A DNA stretch of 64,000 nt from Eledone cirrhosa (taxonomy: Eukaryota), in assembly GCA_964016885.1 (NCBI GenBank), contig OZ024748.1:45322001-45386000 (forward strand), given 5' to 3'. Position 1 is the first letter of the stretch. Each line of letters begins with the position of its first letter. The position numbers and the translations under genes are program-made. The notes below the pieces were generated by a model. That model had not been told where the DNA came from, searched no databases, and was given only the letters and a program-made list of their open reading frames with translations. Positions 32,129 through 45,510 of this stretch are shown here, piece by piece.

Positions 32129-32508
32129 AGGGAGTGTGTGTAGCTTGGAGTTACTGTAGGTTCACCCGGGTGAGCACTCGATGTTTAGGTTCACTTCAGT
32201 GTCGAGGTGTAGAGCTATACAGAGTGTAATATAGTGAAATAAGATAACAAGGACGATTGGTTACTCCTTCATTACATTTATTGGTTGGTAACGCGCGTTT
32301 CGCCACTGATCAGCTCAAGGTTCGATCTGTATCAATCTTACCCGACTCTGTAATCTGCGGCTCGTCGGACCCCTTGTAATATATATATATTTAAAAGTTA
32401 AACAAGGTTCAATGAATAAATAAAAGAATGAGTTTTACAATAGATTGGAAGCACTCAACGGTGATGGTTTTCCAGAGTTATTAATATTAATATATAACCA
32501 TATACATC

Positions 32509-32548
32509 CCGAACTGAAGATCCGTGAAGGTGAAACAATTGTTCTCGG
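32509..32548 (+). ncRNA. Minimal type I hammerhead, separate family
   Basis: CCGAA-CUGAAGA-U CC GUGAA GG U-GAAA-CAAUUG-UU/CUCGG: palindromic stem III, one stem I mismatch. Confidence 0.6.
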
Positions 32549-32642
32549 TATGGTGAACTAACTGTTGTGTAACCACTTCTACCTAACTCGTCCCATGGAC
32601 TGAGTGCTGTACCACTACGGATATTACCTTCCAGTGTTCCAC

Positions 32643-32704
<62 letters not shown>

Positions 32705-32747
32705 AATATTAAATAAATGGAAAACTATATTTATAAAACCATATTTA

Positions 32748-32809
32748 TTTCATTATATATATTTCGGGGATATCATATTAACAGTATGCTATGCCTTCAT
32801 CAGACAAAA
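32748..32809 (-). ncRNA. Degenerate TTTTAT-superfamily hammerhead
   Basis: Core intact; stem II has extra mismatches. Confidence 0.55.
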
Positions 32810-32893
32810 TACAATATAAACAGTTTTATAGATAAATATATTCGACATACCGTAATAAACATGGACTTCATTTGAAGAGGTTTACGCTAACTT

Positions 32894-32963
<70 letters not shown>

Positions 32964-33286
32964 AAGTTAGGTGACGTGGTTGCCTTAACACCGTATGGCA
33001 TAAATTCAGGCTGTTCAGTTTGTTTACAAACGAACAAAGCGACGTTAGCGCCGCTAAACTGATACGTGCATATATGTATGTGTACCTGTATGCATATGTA
33101 TGTATATATGTATATATATATATATATGTGCATGCTACTGTACGTCTGTATACATATATGTATGTACGTATACATGCATACTTACATTTAAGTAAGTGCC
33201 ATACTAAGAGTGAGAAATGAAATTTCGTTTTCATTTTGTTTCAATTTATCGTTTTCGGTATGCCTGACCGATTTAACTCACTCAAT

Positions 33287-33294
33287 ATGCAAAT
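33287..33294 (+). promoter_or_regulatory. Octamer motif ATGCAAAT, one per monomer, ~75 bp upstream of the HHR
   Basis: Perfect octamer, retained in the diverged subfamily (~52350-52392). Function is inferred. Confidence 0.5.
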
Positions 33295-33367
33295 TAGGCT
33301 GCTCAGCCGTTAATTTTCATAAGGAAAGTATATACTTTCGACCGTTCAACTATCTGGCAGATGGGTA

Positions 33368-33412
33368 AACGGTGCTGATGATAGCTAACAAGCTTGAAAC
33401 TAGTACATCGTT
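33368..33412 (+). ncRNA. Type I hammerhead; identical copies start at 33834, 34300, 34766, 35232, 35698, 36164 and 36630 (45 nt each)
   Basis: Stem I AACGGUG/CAUCGUU, CUGAUGA at 33375-33381, GAAA at 33396-33399, predicted cleavage after A33405. Confidence 0.88.
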
Positions 33413-36400
33413 CCTGTGTCAGTGTTGAACAAAAAGGTGACGTGGTTGCCTTAACACCGTATGGCATAAATTCAGGCTGTTCAGTTTGTTTACAAACGAA
33501 CAAAGCGACGTTAGCGCCGCTAAACTGATACGTGCATATATGTATGTGTACCTGTATGCATATGTATGTATATATGTATATATATATATATATGTGCATG
33601 CTACTGTACGTCTGTATACATATATGTATGTACGTATACATGCATACTTACATTTAAGTAAGTGCCATACTAAGAGTGAGAAATGAAATTTCGTTTTCAT
33701 TTTGTTTCAATTTATCGTTTTCGGTATGCCTGACCGATTTAACTCACTCAATATGCAAATTAGGCTGCTCAGCCGTTAATTTTCATAAGGAAAGTATATA
33801 CTTTCGACCGTTCAACTATCTGGCAGATGGGTAAACGGTGCTGATGATAGCTAACAAGCTTGAAACTAGTACATCGTTCCTGTGTCAGTGTTGAACAAAA
33901 AGGTGACGTGGTTGCCTTAACACCGTATGGCATAAATTCAGGCTGTTCAGTTTGTTTACAAACGAACAAAGCGACGTTAGCGCCGCTAAACTGATACGTG
34001 CATATATGTATGTGTACCTGTATGCATATGTATGTATATATGTATATATATATATATATGTGCATGCTACTGTACGTCTGTATACATATATGTATGTACG
34101 TATACATGCATACTTACATTTAAGTAAGTGCCATACTAAGAGTGAGAAATGAAATTTCGTTTTCATTTTGTTTCAATTTATCGTTTTCGGTATGCCTGAC
34201 CGATTTAACTCACTCAATATGCAAATTAGGCTGCTCAGCCGTTAATTTTCATAAGGAAAGTATATACTTTCGACCGTTCAACTATCTGGCAGATGGGTAA
34301 ACGGTGCTGATGATAGCTAACAAGCTTGAAACTAGTACATCGTTCCTGTGTCAGTGTTGAACAAAAAGGTGACGTGGTTGCCTTAACACCGTATGGCATA
34401 AATTCAGGCTGTTCAGTTTGTTTACAAACGAACAAAGCGACGTTAGCGCCGCTAAACTGATACGTGCATATATGTATGTGTACCTGTATGCATATGTATG
34501 TATATATGTATATATATATATATATGTGCATGCTACTGTACGTCTGTATACATATATGTATGTACGTATACATGCATACTTACATTTAAGTAAGTGCCAT
34601 ACTAAGAGTGAGAAATGAAATTTCGTTTTCATTTTGTTTCAATTTATCGTTTTCGGTATGCCTGACCGATTTAACTCACTCAATATGCAAATTAGGCTGC
34701 TCAGCCGTTAATTTTCATAAGGAAAGTATATACTTTCGACCGTTCAACTATCTGGCAGATGGGTAAACGGTGCTGATGATAGCTAACAAGCTTGAAACTA
34801 GTACATCGTTCCTGTGTCAGTGTTGAACAAAAAGGTGACGTGGTTGCCTTAACACCGTATGGCATAAATTCAGGCTGTTCAGTTTGTTTACAAACGAACA
34901 AAGCGACGTTAGCGCCGCTAAACTGATACGTGCATATATGTATGTGTACCTGTATGCATATGTATGTATATATGTATATATATATATATATGTGCATGCT
35001 ACTGTACGTCTGTATACATATATGTATGTACGTATACATGCATACTTACATTTAAGTAAGTGCCATACTAAGAGTGAGAAATGAAATTTCGTTTTCATTT
35101 TGTTTCAATTTATCGTTTTCGGTATGCCTGACCGATTTAACTCACTCAATATGCAAATTAGGCTGCTCAGCCGTTAATTTTCATAAGGAAAGTATATACT
35201 TTCGACCGTTCAACTATCTGGCAGATGGGTAAACGGTGCTGATGATAGCTAACAAGCTTGAAACTAGTACATCGTTCCTGTGTCAGTGTTGAACAAAAAG
35301 GTGACGTGGTTGCCTTAACACCGTATGGCATAAATTCAGGCTGTTCAGTTTGTTTACAAACGAACAAAGCGACGTTAGCGCCGCTAAACTGATACGTGCA
35401 TATATGTATGTGTACCTGTATGCATATGTATGTATATATGTATATATATATATATATGTGCATGCTACTGTACGTCTGTATACATATATGTATGTACGTA
35501 TACATGCATACTTACATTTAAGTAAGTGCCATACTAAGAGTGAGAAATGAAATTTCGTTTTCATTTTGTTTCAATTTATCGTTTTCGGTATGCCTGACCG
35601 ATTTAACTCACTCAATATGCAAATTAGGCTGCTCAGCCGTTAATTTTCATAAGGAAAGTATATACTTTCGACCGTTCAACTATCTGGCAGATGGGTAAAC
35701 GGTGCTGATGATAGCTAACAAGCTTGAAACTAGTACATCGTTCCTGTGTCAGTGTTGAACAAAAAGGTGACGTGGTTGCCTTAACACCGTATGGCATAAA
35801 TTCAGGCTGTTCAGTTTGTTTACAAACGAACAAAGCGACGTTAGCGCCGCTAAACTGATACTTGCATATATGTATGTGTACCTGTATGCATATGTATGTA
35901 TATATGTATATATATATATATATGTGCATGCTACTGTACGTCTGTATACATATATGTATGTACGTATACATGCATACTTACATTTAAGTAAGTGCCATAC
36001 TAAGAGTGAGAAATGAAATTTCGTTTTCATTTTGTTTCAATTTATCGTTTTCGGTATGCCTGACCGATTTAACTCACTCAATATGCAAATTAGGCTGCTC
36101 AGCCGTTAATTTTCATAAGGAAAGTATATACTTTCGACCGTTCAACTATCTGGCAGATGGGTAAACGGTGCTGATGATAGCTAACAAGCTTGAAACTAGT
36201 ACATCGTTCCTGTGTCAGTGTTGAACAAAAAGGTGACGTGGTTGCCTTAACACCGTATGGCATAAATTCAGGCTGTTCAGTTTGTTTACAAACGAACAAA
36301 GCGACGTTAGCGCCGCTAAACTGATACGTGCATATATGTATGTGTACCTGTATGCATATGTATGTATATATGTATATATATATATATATGTGCATGCTAC

Positions 36401-37093
36401 TGTACGTCTGTATACATATATGTATGTACGTATACATGCATACTTACATTTAAGTAAGTGCCATACTAAGAGTGAGAAATGAAATTTCGTTTTCATTTTG
36501 TTTCAATTTATCGTTTTCGGTATGCCTGACCGATTTAACTCACTCAATATGCAAATTAGGCTGCTCAGCCGTTAATTTTCATAAGGAAAGTATATACTTT
36601 CGACCGTTCAACTATCTGGCAGATGGGTAAACGGTGCTGATGATAGCTAACAAGCTTGAAACTAGTACATCGTTCCTGTGTCAGTGTTGAACAAAAAGGT
36701 GACGTGGTTGCCTTAACACCGTATGGCATAAATTCAGGCTGTTCAGTTTGTTTACAAACGAACAAAGCGACGTTAGCGCCGCTAAACTGATACGTGCATA
36801 TATGTATGTGTACCTGTATGCATATGTATGTATATATGTATATATATATATATATGTGCATGCTACTGTACGTCTGTATACATATATGTATGTACGTATA
36901 CATGCATACTTACATTTAAGTAAGTGCCATACTAAGAGTGAGAAATGAAATTTCGTTTTCATTTTGTTTCAATCTATATATATATACTTATATATGTATA
37001 ACTATATATATGTCATAGATGCATACACACACATTCATATATATATATATATATATATATCGATATCTATATCCATCTATCTGTGTATATAAA

Positions 37094-37408
<315 letters not shown>

Positions 37409-37802
37409 TATATATATATATATATATCCAGGCATGGACATGACAGAGTAGGAAGGGAAGAAGGCAGCCGTGTGTATAACACATGGCATGACATATAACC
37501 TGTCAGGACTGTAAAGAAGACATCAACAAGACTAAGGATGCTACGACTATACGTGATTCGTTCGGAATGTTTGGCTAATCACGTTGGTTCCATTAATCCA
37601 GGTAACATCACTCATCTTAAAGGTCACTCTGGTCAAATATACAATATATAGATCAGTGTTTATGTATGTATGTATGTATGTATGTATGTATGTATGTATG
37701 TATGTATGTATGTATGTATGTATGTATGTATGTATGTATGTAGGTAGGTATGTATGTAGGTAGGTATGTATGTGTGTGTATACATGTATGTATGTATATG
37801 GA

Positions 37803-37867
<65 letters not shown>

Positions 37868-37990
37868 GCAATTACACACCTACCTACTTACTCATACACA
37901 CACATTTATATATATATATGTATATAAAATATAAATATAGATATACACAGAGGCACGTAACCCTCACTTATACACACGCACATATATACA

Positions 37991-38071
<81 letters not shown>

Positions 38072-38077
38072 TATATG

Positions 38078-38132
<55 letters not shown>

Positions 38133-38133
<1 letters not shown>

Positions 38134-38415
38134 AACGGAAAAAAATGAAACGATATTTCATTTCCCACTCTTAGTACGGCTGTTACTTAAATATAAGTAT
38201 GTATACGTACATACATATATGTATACAGACGTACAGTAGTATGTATATATATATATATACATACATGCACACATATATATATATGTACGTATGGATTCAC
38301 CGAACATTTATTATAATGCTCGGTGTGTTTGTAAACAAACATCTCGTATTAAGCCGTAGTGTCTAGCAACCACCGTTGCTCGTTTGTTCAACACTGACAA
38401 AGGAACGCTGTACTA
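38133..38415 (-). mobile_element. Diverged subfamily of the 466-bp retrozyme, 5'-truncated at the HHR
   Basis: Near-identical to 51981-52252. Stops at AACGCTGTACTA followed by (TA)n. Confidence 0.8.
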
Positions 38416-38427
38416 TATATATATACA

Positions 38428-38820
38428 ATGATATTAAATGAATGGAAACTATATTTATAAAACCATATTTATTTTATTATATATATTTCAAGGGCAACCA
38501 AGACAACAGTGGTACGCTTTCATCAGATAAAATACAAAGATTGTTTTATAAATAGAGACATACCCATGAAAATCATACCTTATCGGTTGGAAATTTCCAA
38601 CCGATAAGGTATGATTTATAAAACAAACTTTGTTTATAAAACATACTTTGTATTTTATCTGATGAAAGCGTACCAATGTTGTCTTGGTTGCCCTTGAAAT
38701 ATATATAATAAAATAAATATGGTTGAATATTTACTTCAGTAAATTGTTGAGTGCTCTAAATCAGTTATAAACATTTATGTTTGTCGGACTTCCAACAAAT
38801 TAAATACAACTTCTACTTAT
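38428..38820. mobile_element. Fold-back, TTTTAT-HHR superfamily; HHRs at 38472-38532 (-) and 38653-38713 (+)
   Basis: UUUUAU-CUGAUGA-AAG C GUACCA..UGGUUGC C CUU-GAAA-UAUAUA-UA/AUAAAA. GAGTGCT at 38749. Confidence 0.8.
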
Positions 38821-38881
38821 ATATATATATATATATATATATATAACCACGAAGTGGATTACAATAAGCAAATTTCTGCTT

Positions 38882-38943
<62 letters not shown>

Positions 38944-39446
38944 AAGATATATATATATATAAGTAGAAGTTGTATTTAATTTGTTGGAAGTCCGAAAACT
39001 AATTCATCGCCGCTATATATATATATATATATATATATATCGGCGATGAATTAGTTTTGCGAGGTTTTTTATATGAAATCGTGTGTCGAAACAAATATTG
39101 TTATACTTGGGGAGGGTCATATTTGTGTAATATTGCCAGAATTAATAACAGAACACACTCACTGTTTGGTTGGTTTTCGCTTCTCGCTGTCTTTTATATC
39201 GGTAATCTAACTTACTCGGTCCTCAATGTTGCCATTGACTGACCGACGGTCAAAAATAATACAGATACAATATAGACACAAACACATATATATAGTTTAT
39301 CATAAATCTTTCGTTGCACATCTGCAACATCGTCAGTGGTGTTATATTTTCCTCCTGTTGTGTTGTATGTCTACGCCATTTTTATTCAGTCTGTCTATAT
39401 ATATTTATTTATTTATTTGCTTGTTTGTATTTTATCTGATGATATA

Positions 39447-39533
<87 letters not shown>

Positions 39534-39936
39534 GCATACATAAATATATATATGTGTGTGTGGGGGGGGGGGGGTATGTGTATGTGTGTGTGTATAGGAA
39601 TGTATATCTAGATTAATATAAATGCATTGGTTGTGAACAGTAAGAAATCTGACCGCCTGTGTCTTTGTTTAGCCGAGAAGAAAATTTATAAACTAGAGAA
39701 ATATTTAGAAGTGACAAATGGGATAGGGATTCTTGAAAGAGTGTTAGACTGAAGTTAAAGTACATATAGCTGTGGAGTGCTCAGACACTTGACTTGAAGA
39801 TGAAAGCTGGTTCATCAGATTGGTTCATCAATCAAACAAGCGGACCGCCCATGGGCGGAACTGACGATGGTATTTGACACAGTTTAACTTCTATTAAGAT
39901 ATTATAGAAGTAATATTCTATCATGTTTTTGTACTG

Positions 39937-41167
39937 TGGCAGTATCGGTAGAGCGTCAGACACCCTATTTCGCAGCATGGAGTTACGTCCCTTTATGTTT
40001 TGAGTTCAAATCCCGCCGAGGTTAACTTTGCCTTTCATCCTTACGGGGGTCGATAAAATAAAGTACCAGTAATGTACTGGGTATTTGCTGGACTTGTGTC
40101 AAAAGTAGAAACAATTATTATCGGTGGATTGACGGCAGAATCGGTAGAGCGTCGGACATGCTTTGCAGTATGTAGTTACACCCCTTTATGCTCTGAGTTC
40201 AAATCCCGTCGAGGTTAACTTTGCCTTTCATCCTTACGGGGGTTGATAAAATAAAGTACCAATAATACACTGGAGAAAATTGCTGGCCTTGTGCCAAAAG
40301 TAGAAACAATTATATTATACCGGAATGACAGTTTCTTTTAAATGCTAATGTACTTTAACGATTAGAATAGATTACGAAATATCATAATTTTAAAAGAAAC
40401 CAAATACAAAATAAAAGCTATGAACATGTAACGACAAAGCTTGTCTTGACAACCAAAGTAATTTATGCAATGTTTTAAACTACATGTCTAAACGGTTACA
40501 TCAAATAGACAACTAAAACAATTTCTTGTCGTTTAACCATGCGTTGAAGAAACACATTACGTGCGGCGTGGGTTGAAACGTCCACGGGCTGACTATGAAG
40601 GATTGATGTTAGAGCTGTGAAATCTTGCATGCGTTAATTTCAATTATTATAAAGGGTCGGACGTCATTCTTTGACGCATAGATCTACGGCCCTTTCCATT
40701 CTGAGTTCAAATCCCGCCGAAGTTAACTTCGCTTTTCATCGTTAAGCGGTCGATAAAATAAAGTACCAGTAATACACTGATTGATTGCTGGCCTTGTGCT
40801 AAAAGTAGAAACAATTATTATTAATAACAGCATTGCTTCTTTCCACAGATTTATATTGAACAGTAAACCTCATCTCATTTGGCTATTCCATGAGAGTATC
40901 TTGATCAACGTATGAAGGATTGATGTTAGAGCTGTGAAATCTTGTATGCATTAATTTAAATTCTTATTATTAATAACTACAAGCGCGGTAGATTGGCAGT
41001 ATCGGTAGAGGGTCGGACACCATGATTTCCAGCATAGTTACGTCTCTTTACAATCTGAGTTCAAATCCCGCCGAGGTTGACTTTACCTTTCATCCTTACG
41101 GGGTCGATAACATAAAGTACCAGTAATACACTGGGTTATTGCTGGCCTTGTGCCTAAAGTAGAAACA
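39937..41167 (+). mobile_element. Cluster of four tRNA-derived SINEs (~39937-40112, 40123-40308, 40653-40812, 40985-41167)
   Basis: A-box-like TGGCAGTATCGGTAG, B-box GAGTTCAAATCCC, core TTGCCTTTCATCCTTACGGGGTCGATAAA, tail TTGTGCCAAAAGTAGAAAC. Confidence 0.85.
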
Positions 41168-41669
41168 ATTATTAATAACTACATTGTTTCTTTCCAGAGA
41201 TTATCTTGAACAATAAACCTCACTTGGCCATACCATGAGAGCATCTTGGTCAACCAATGAAGGAGTGATGAAATCTTGCATGCATTAATTTCAATTCTTC
41301 TTATTAATATTACATTTGTTTCTTTCCAGGGACTATGTTGAAAAATAAATCTCATTTGGTCATTCCATGAGAGTATCTTGGTTAGACTTTCAGCAAATGA
41401 AAAATTTCAGCTGACCTTCATGTAACACAGGACGGGAATCAAAGCTAGACAAAAAGAAAAACCTTAGTTGATAACACTACCATGTTATATAAAATTCCAG
41501 AATAAACGGATAATATTAAGTAAGGAAAATGTATTAATGTTGCATAAATACAAATAAAAAAACTTCACACATAAATGCAGCACACTTGAAATTTGGAAGT
41601 AACTCGAAACGGTGAAATGAATTTAAATGCGGCGATGAAAACTATTATTATCACTTCATATAAATAATT

Positions 41670-42037
41670 GTTTCTACTTTTGGCACACGGCCAGCAATTA
41701 CTTTATTTTATCGACCTCGTAAGGATGAAAGGCAAAGTTAACCTCGGCGGGATTTGAACTCAGAATGGCAAGGGCCGTAACTCTATGCGTCAAAGCATGG
41801 CGTCCGACTCTCTACCGATACTGCCAATCCATCGCCCTTCATATAAATAAGTGATTCTACATTTGGCACAAGGCCAGCAATTACCCAGTGTATTACTGGT
41901 TCTTTATTTTATCGACCCCGAAAGCATGAAAGGCAAAGTTAACCTCGGCAGGATTTGAACTCAGGATGGCAAGGACCGTAACTCTATGCGTCAAAGCATG
42001 GCATCCGACCCTCTACCGATACTGCCAATCCACCGCC
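41670..42037 (-). mobile_element. Two tandem SINEs of the same family
   Basis: Reverse complement of the motifs above. Confidence 0.85.
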
Positions 42038-42137
42038 CTTCATATAAATAATTGTCCCTGGGAAGCGATCTTTAACATTCATTAATTAAAAATATTAAAA
42101 TTATAGAGTAGTATAGTCGTGTCTTCAAATTAACATT

Positions 42138-42182
<45 letters not shown>

Positions 42183-42247
42183 TCCCCCCCCCCTCTCCCC
42201 CCCCTCTCTCTCTCTCTCTCACTATCTCTTTCTCTCTCTCTCTCTCT

Positions 42248-42297
<50 letters not shown>

Positions 42298-42392
42298 GTG
42301 TTTGTATATATATATATATATATATATTTAATATAAAAATGGCTTCTACAGGACTAGAACTGTTTCATTCGGGGGAAATCATCAGGAAGGCC

Positions 42393-42466
<74 letters not shown>

Positions 42467-43074
42467 ATACTTGGGGAGGGTCATATTTGTGTAATATTGC
42501 CTGAATTAATAAGAGAACACACTCACTGTTTGGTAGGTTTTCGCTTTTCGCTTCTGTGTCTTTTATATCAGTTAATTTAATTTATTCGGTCCTCAATGTT
42601 GCCATTGACTGACAAACGGTCAAAAATAATACAGATACAATATAGACACAAACACATATATATAGTTTATCAAAGTTCTTTCGTTGCACATCTGCAACAT
42701 TGTCAGTGGTGCTATTGTTTCCCCCCGTTGCATTGTATTTTCTACGCCATCTTTATTTTGTCTGTTTATATATTTATTTATTTGTTTATTTTATTTTGTC
42801 TTCTTTGCGCATGCGTTTGCGTGTGTGTATAGTGTTTTGTTTGATGTGTGTGTTTATATGTGTTTGTTGTTATTGTGCTTGTGTATGTATTTATTTATTT
42901 ATTTATCTATTTATTTATACTTCTCTTAGGTCAGTGTTGTTTGTTTGGGTGTTGTTGTTATTCCATTCATTCTTTCTGTTTAGCCTTGGCCTTCTAAGTT
43001 CTATTTCACTGGCCTATCTGATTTGCCTATATGGGTATATATGAGATTAAGACAAAATATCTGGTAGAGAATAT

Positions 43075-43710
43075 AAAGAGGCTAGAGAAGATTACTAATG
43101 TAGGCGGGAAGCCGCTAGAATTGGTTGAGGACTTCCTGTATTTGGGAGCAAAGATTGGGAATACGGAAGATGATGTGGTTGAGAGGAAGAGCAAAGCCTG
43201 GGCGGCGTGTCACAGCTTGGGATCGGTGTGGAAGTCGGACCTTCGTAAAGACCTGAAAATCCGCCTCTTCATTGCTGTAGTGGAGTCTGTGCTGCTGTAC
43301 GGGTCTGAGACTTGGACACTGACCAAGAAACTCACTCAGATGGTGGATGGGTGCTACACGATAATGCTGAGGATGGCTCTGAACATCAATCAGTATACAC
43401 TGAGGATGAAAATCTCAGAGCTGAATGGGAGCCTCCCAAAAGTCAGCTCAAAAGCGACACAGAGCAGACTGAGGTTAGCTGGACATGCTCACCGACATCC
43501 AGAGTTGACATTGCACTCAGTGCTCCTATGGGAGCCCTAGATGGACACACTGGATGTGGAAGACCAAGGTTAACATATGTTTATGCCCTAAGAACAGACA
43601 CTGGTCTGTTGGAGACGCAGGACATGGCAGTGATAATGAGGAACAGAGACCGCTGGAGAGAACTCGTCCATGGATCTCGGGAATTTTACCCGTCCTAGAT
43701 AGATAGATGG
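43075..43710 (+). pseudogene. RTE-like LINE 3' fragment with a (TAGA)n tail; other copies at 44471-44702 (-) and 56785-57212 (-)
   Basis: LELVEDFLYLG..VESVLLYGSETWTLT..RLRLAGH..GRPRLTYV..RDRWRELV, with a stop and a frameshift. Confidence 0.85.
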
Positions 43711-44016
43711 GTATATACATTTATATATATATATATATATATATATGGGTATATTTATATATATGCATAAATATATATTTATGTATGTATATATATAATT
43801 ATATGTATATAATTTATTTTCAATCACACACACGGACGCCACATATATATATACATGCATATATATGCGGGCGTACGTGTGTGTGGTTGAAAATAAATTT
43901 TATGTAACCGATCTAGTCCATGCATATTAAAATATCTATCAATATGCTAATATCAGCCGATAGAGGTAGAATATTAATGACAAAACTGATTAGATTTAGT
44001 ACACACACATACATAT

Positions 44017-44051
<35 letters not shown>

Positions 44052-44181
44052 CACACACAGACACATATATATATATATACAGTCATACACACGCACATAT
44101 ATATATACATACATACATATATAAATAAATACATATATGTATGTAAATATTTATACACACACACATATATATACGTATGTA

Positions 44182-44265
<84 letters not shown>

Positions 44266-44427
44266 TACGGGGTTTGGGATCTAGTGATCTCAGTGGAGCA
44301 CTAAAGAGGAAATAATTAAAAGTTTACTGTAGATTTATAACATACGTTGAATTATTCATGTCTTTACGTCTTTTAAGAAGATTAGTAAAACACCCCATAT
44401 GATGAAACATCGCAGGTATATTTTTTT

Positions 44428-44459
<32 letters not shown>

Positions 44460-44784
44460 AATATATATATCTAGGGCGCGTAAAATTCCCGAGATCCATG
44501 GACGAGTTCTCTCCAGCGGTCTCTGTTCCTCATTACCACTGCCATGTCCTGCGTCTCCAAAAGATCAGTGTCTGTCCTTAGGGCATGAACATATGTCAAC
44601 CTCGGTCTCCATGAAAGAGTGTCCATGCAGGGGCTCCCACATGAGCACTGAGTGCAGTGTCAACTCTGGATGTCGGTGAGCATGTCCAGCTAACCTCAGT
44701 TTCCTATATGTACATATACATATATAGGTATATATACATATATAGGTATATATACATGTAGCCGTTTCGGCACCACATCATTTT

Positions 44785-45510
44785 GTATTGAACATTTTGA
44801 AAGTAAGTTTATAATTATGAATTTTCAGTTGATTCTTGTAGTTGTCTCAGTGGCCTAGTGGTAGGTGAATGTAACCTTTTTTTAGTTTTTATTTTACATC
44901 CCATAGAAAAAAACTGAAAATACTTACCGGGAAACCTACTCCCGACCAGGATCGAACTTCAGACCAGGATCACCACCGTCTATGATTCCTCCAACTAGGC
45001 CGCTGAGACAGCTACATAAGTATGATAAAAATTAATAATTATAAACCTACTTTCAAAATCAAAGTTAAGAAGAAGCAGTGTCGTTCTTGGCTTTCCTAGA
45101 GGTATTAGCTGCCGGAACGGCCGGAGCTCAGCCGTTGGGGTCTTGACTCTTTTTTTCTTAACTTTGATTTTGAAAGTAGGTTTATAATTATTAATTTTCA
45201 CTATACTTTCGTAGCTGTCTCGGCGGCCTAGTTGGAGGAATCATAGACCATGGTGATACTGGTCTGAAGTTTGATCCTGGTCGGGAATAGGTTTCTCGCT
45301 AAACCTTTCCATTTTTTTATCTATGTGATGTAAGATAAAAGCTGAAAAAGAACACTTGTATCTCCCGACGAGAATTGAACCCAAGCCTAGGACCGCCACC
45401 GTCTCTAGTACATACCGCTAGACCACTCAGACAACTACGCAAATCTACTGAAAATTCGTACTTATAAACTTACATTTAAAAATTTCAATTAAAATTATGT
45501 GGGGCCGTTC
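44785..45510. repeat. Nested inverted repeat built from tRNA-like (A/B box) units
   Basis: Inner arms ~44880-45075 / 45150-45350; outer arms ~44788-44865 / 45410-45510. TGGCCTAGTGG and GTTCGATCC-like boxes present. Confidence 0.7.

Larger units (their letters stand above)
32969..36972 (+). mobile_element. 466-bp tandem array (~8.6 units) of a hammerhead-containing retrozyme-like element
   Basis: Exact 466-bp period. I see only one SNP among the units (~35862). One HHR and one ATGCAAAT per unit. Flanked by (TA)n. Confidence 0.92.

Noticed and set aside
33303-36962. Repeated 112/93/66-aa ORFs in the 466-bp array
   Set aside because: They run through TA microsatellite, shift frame in other copies and have no motif. 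The conserved feature is the RNA fold.
39937-42037. Functional tRNA genes
   Set aside because: A/B boxes are followed by a SINE core and tail, and no closed cloverleaf could be folded.
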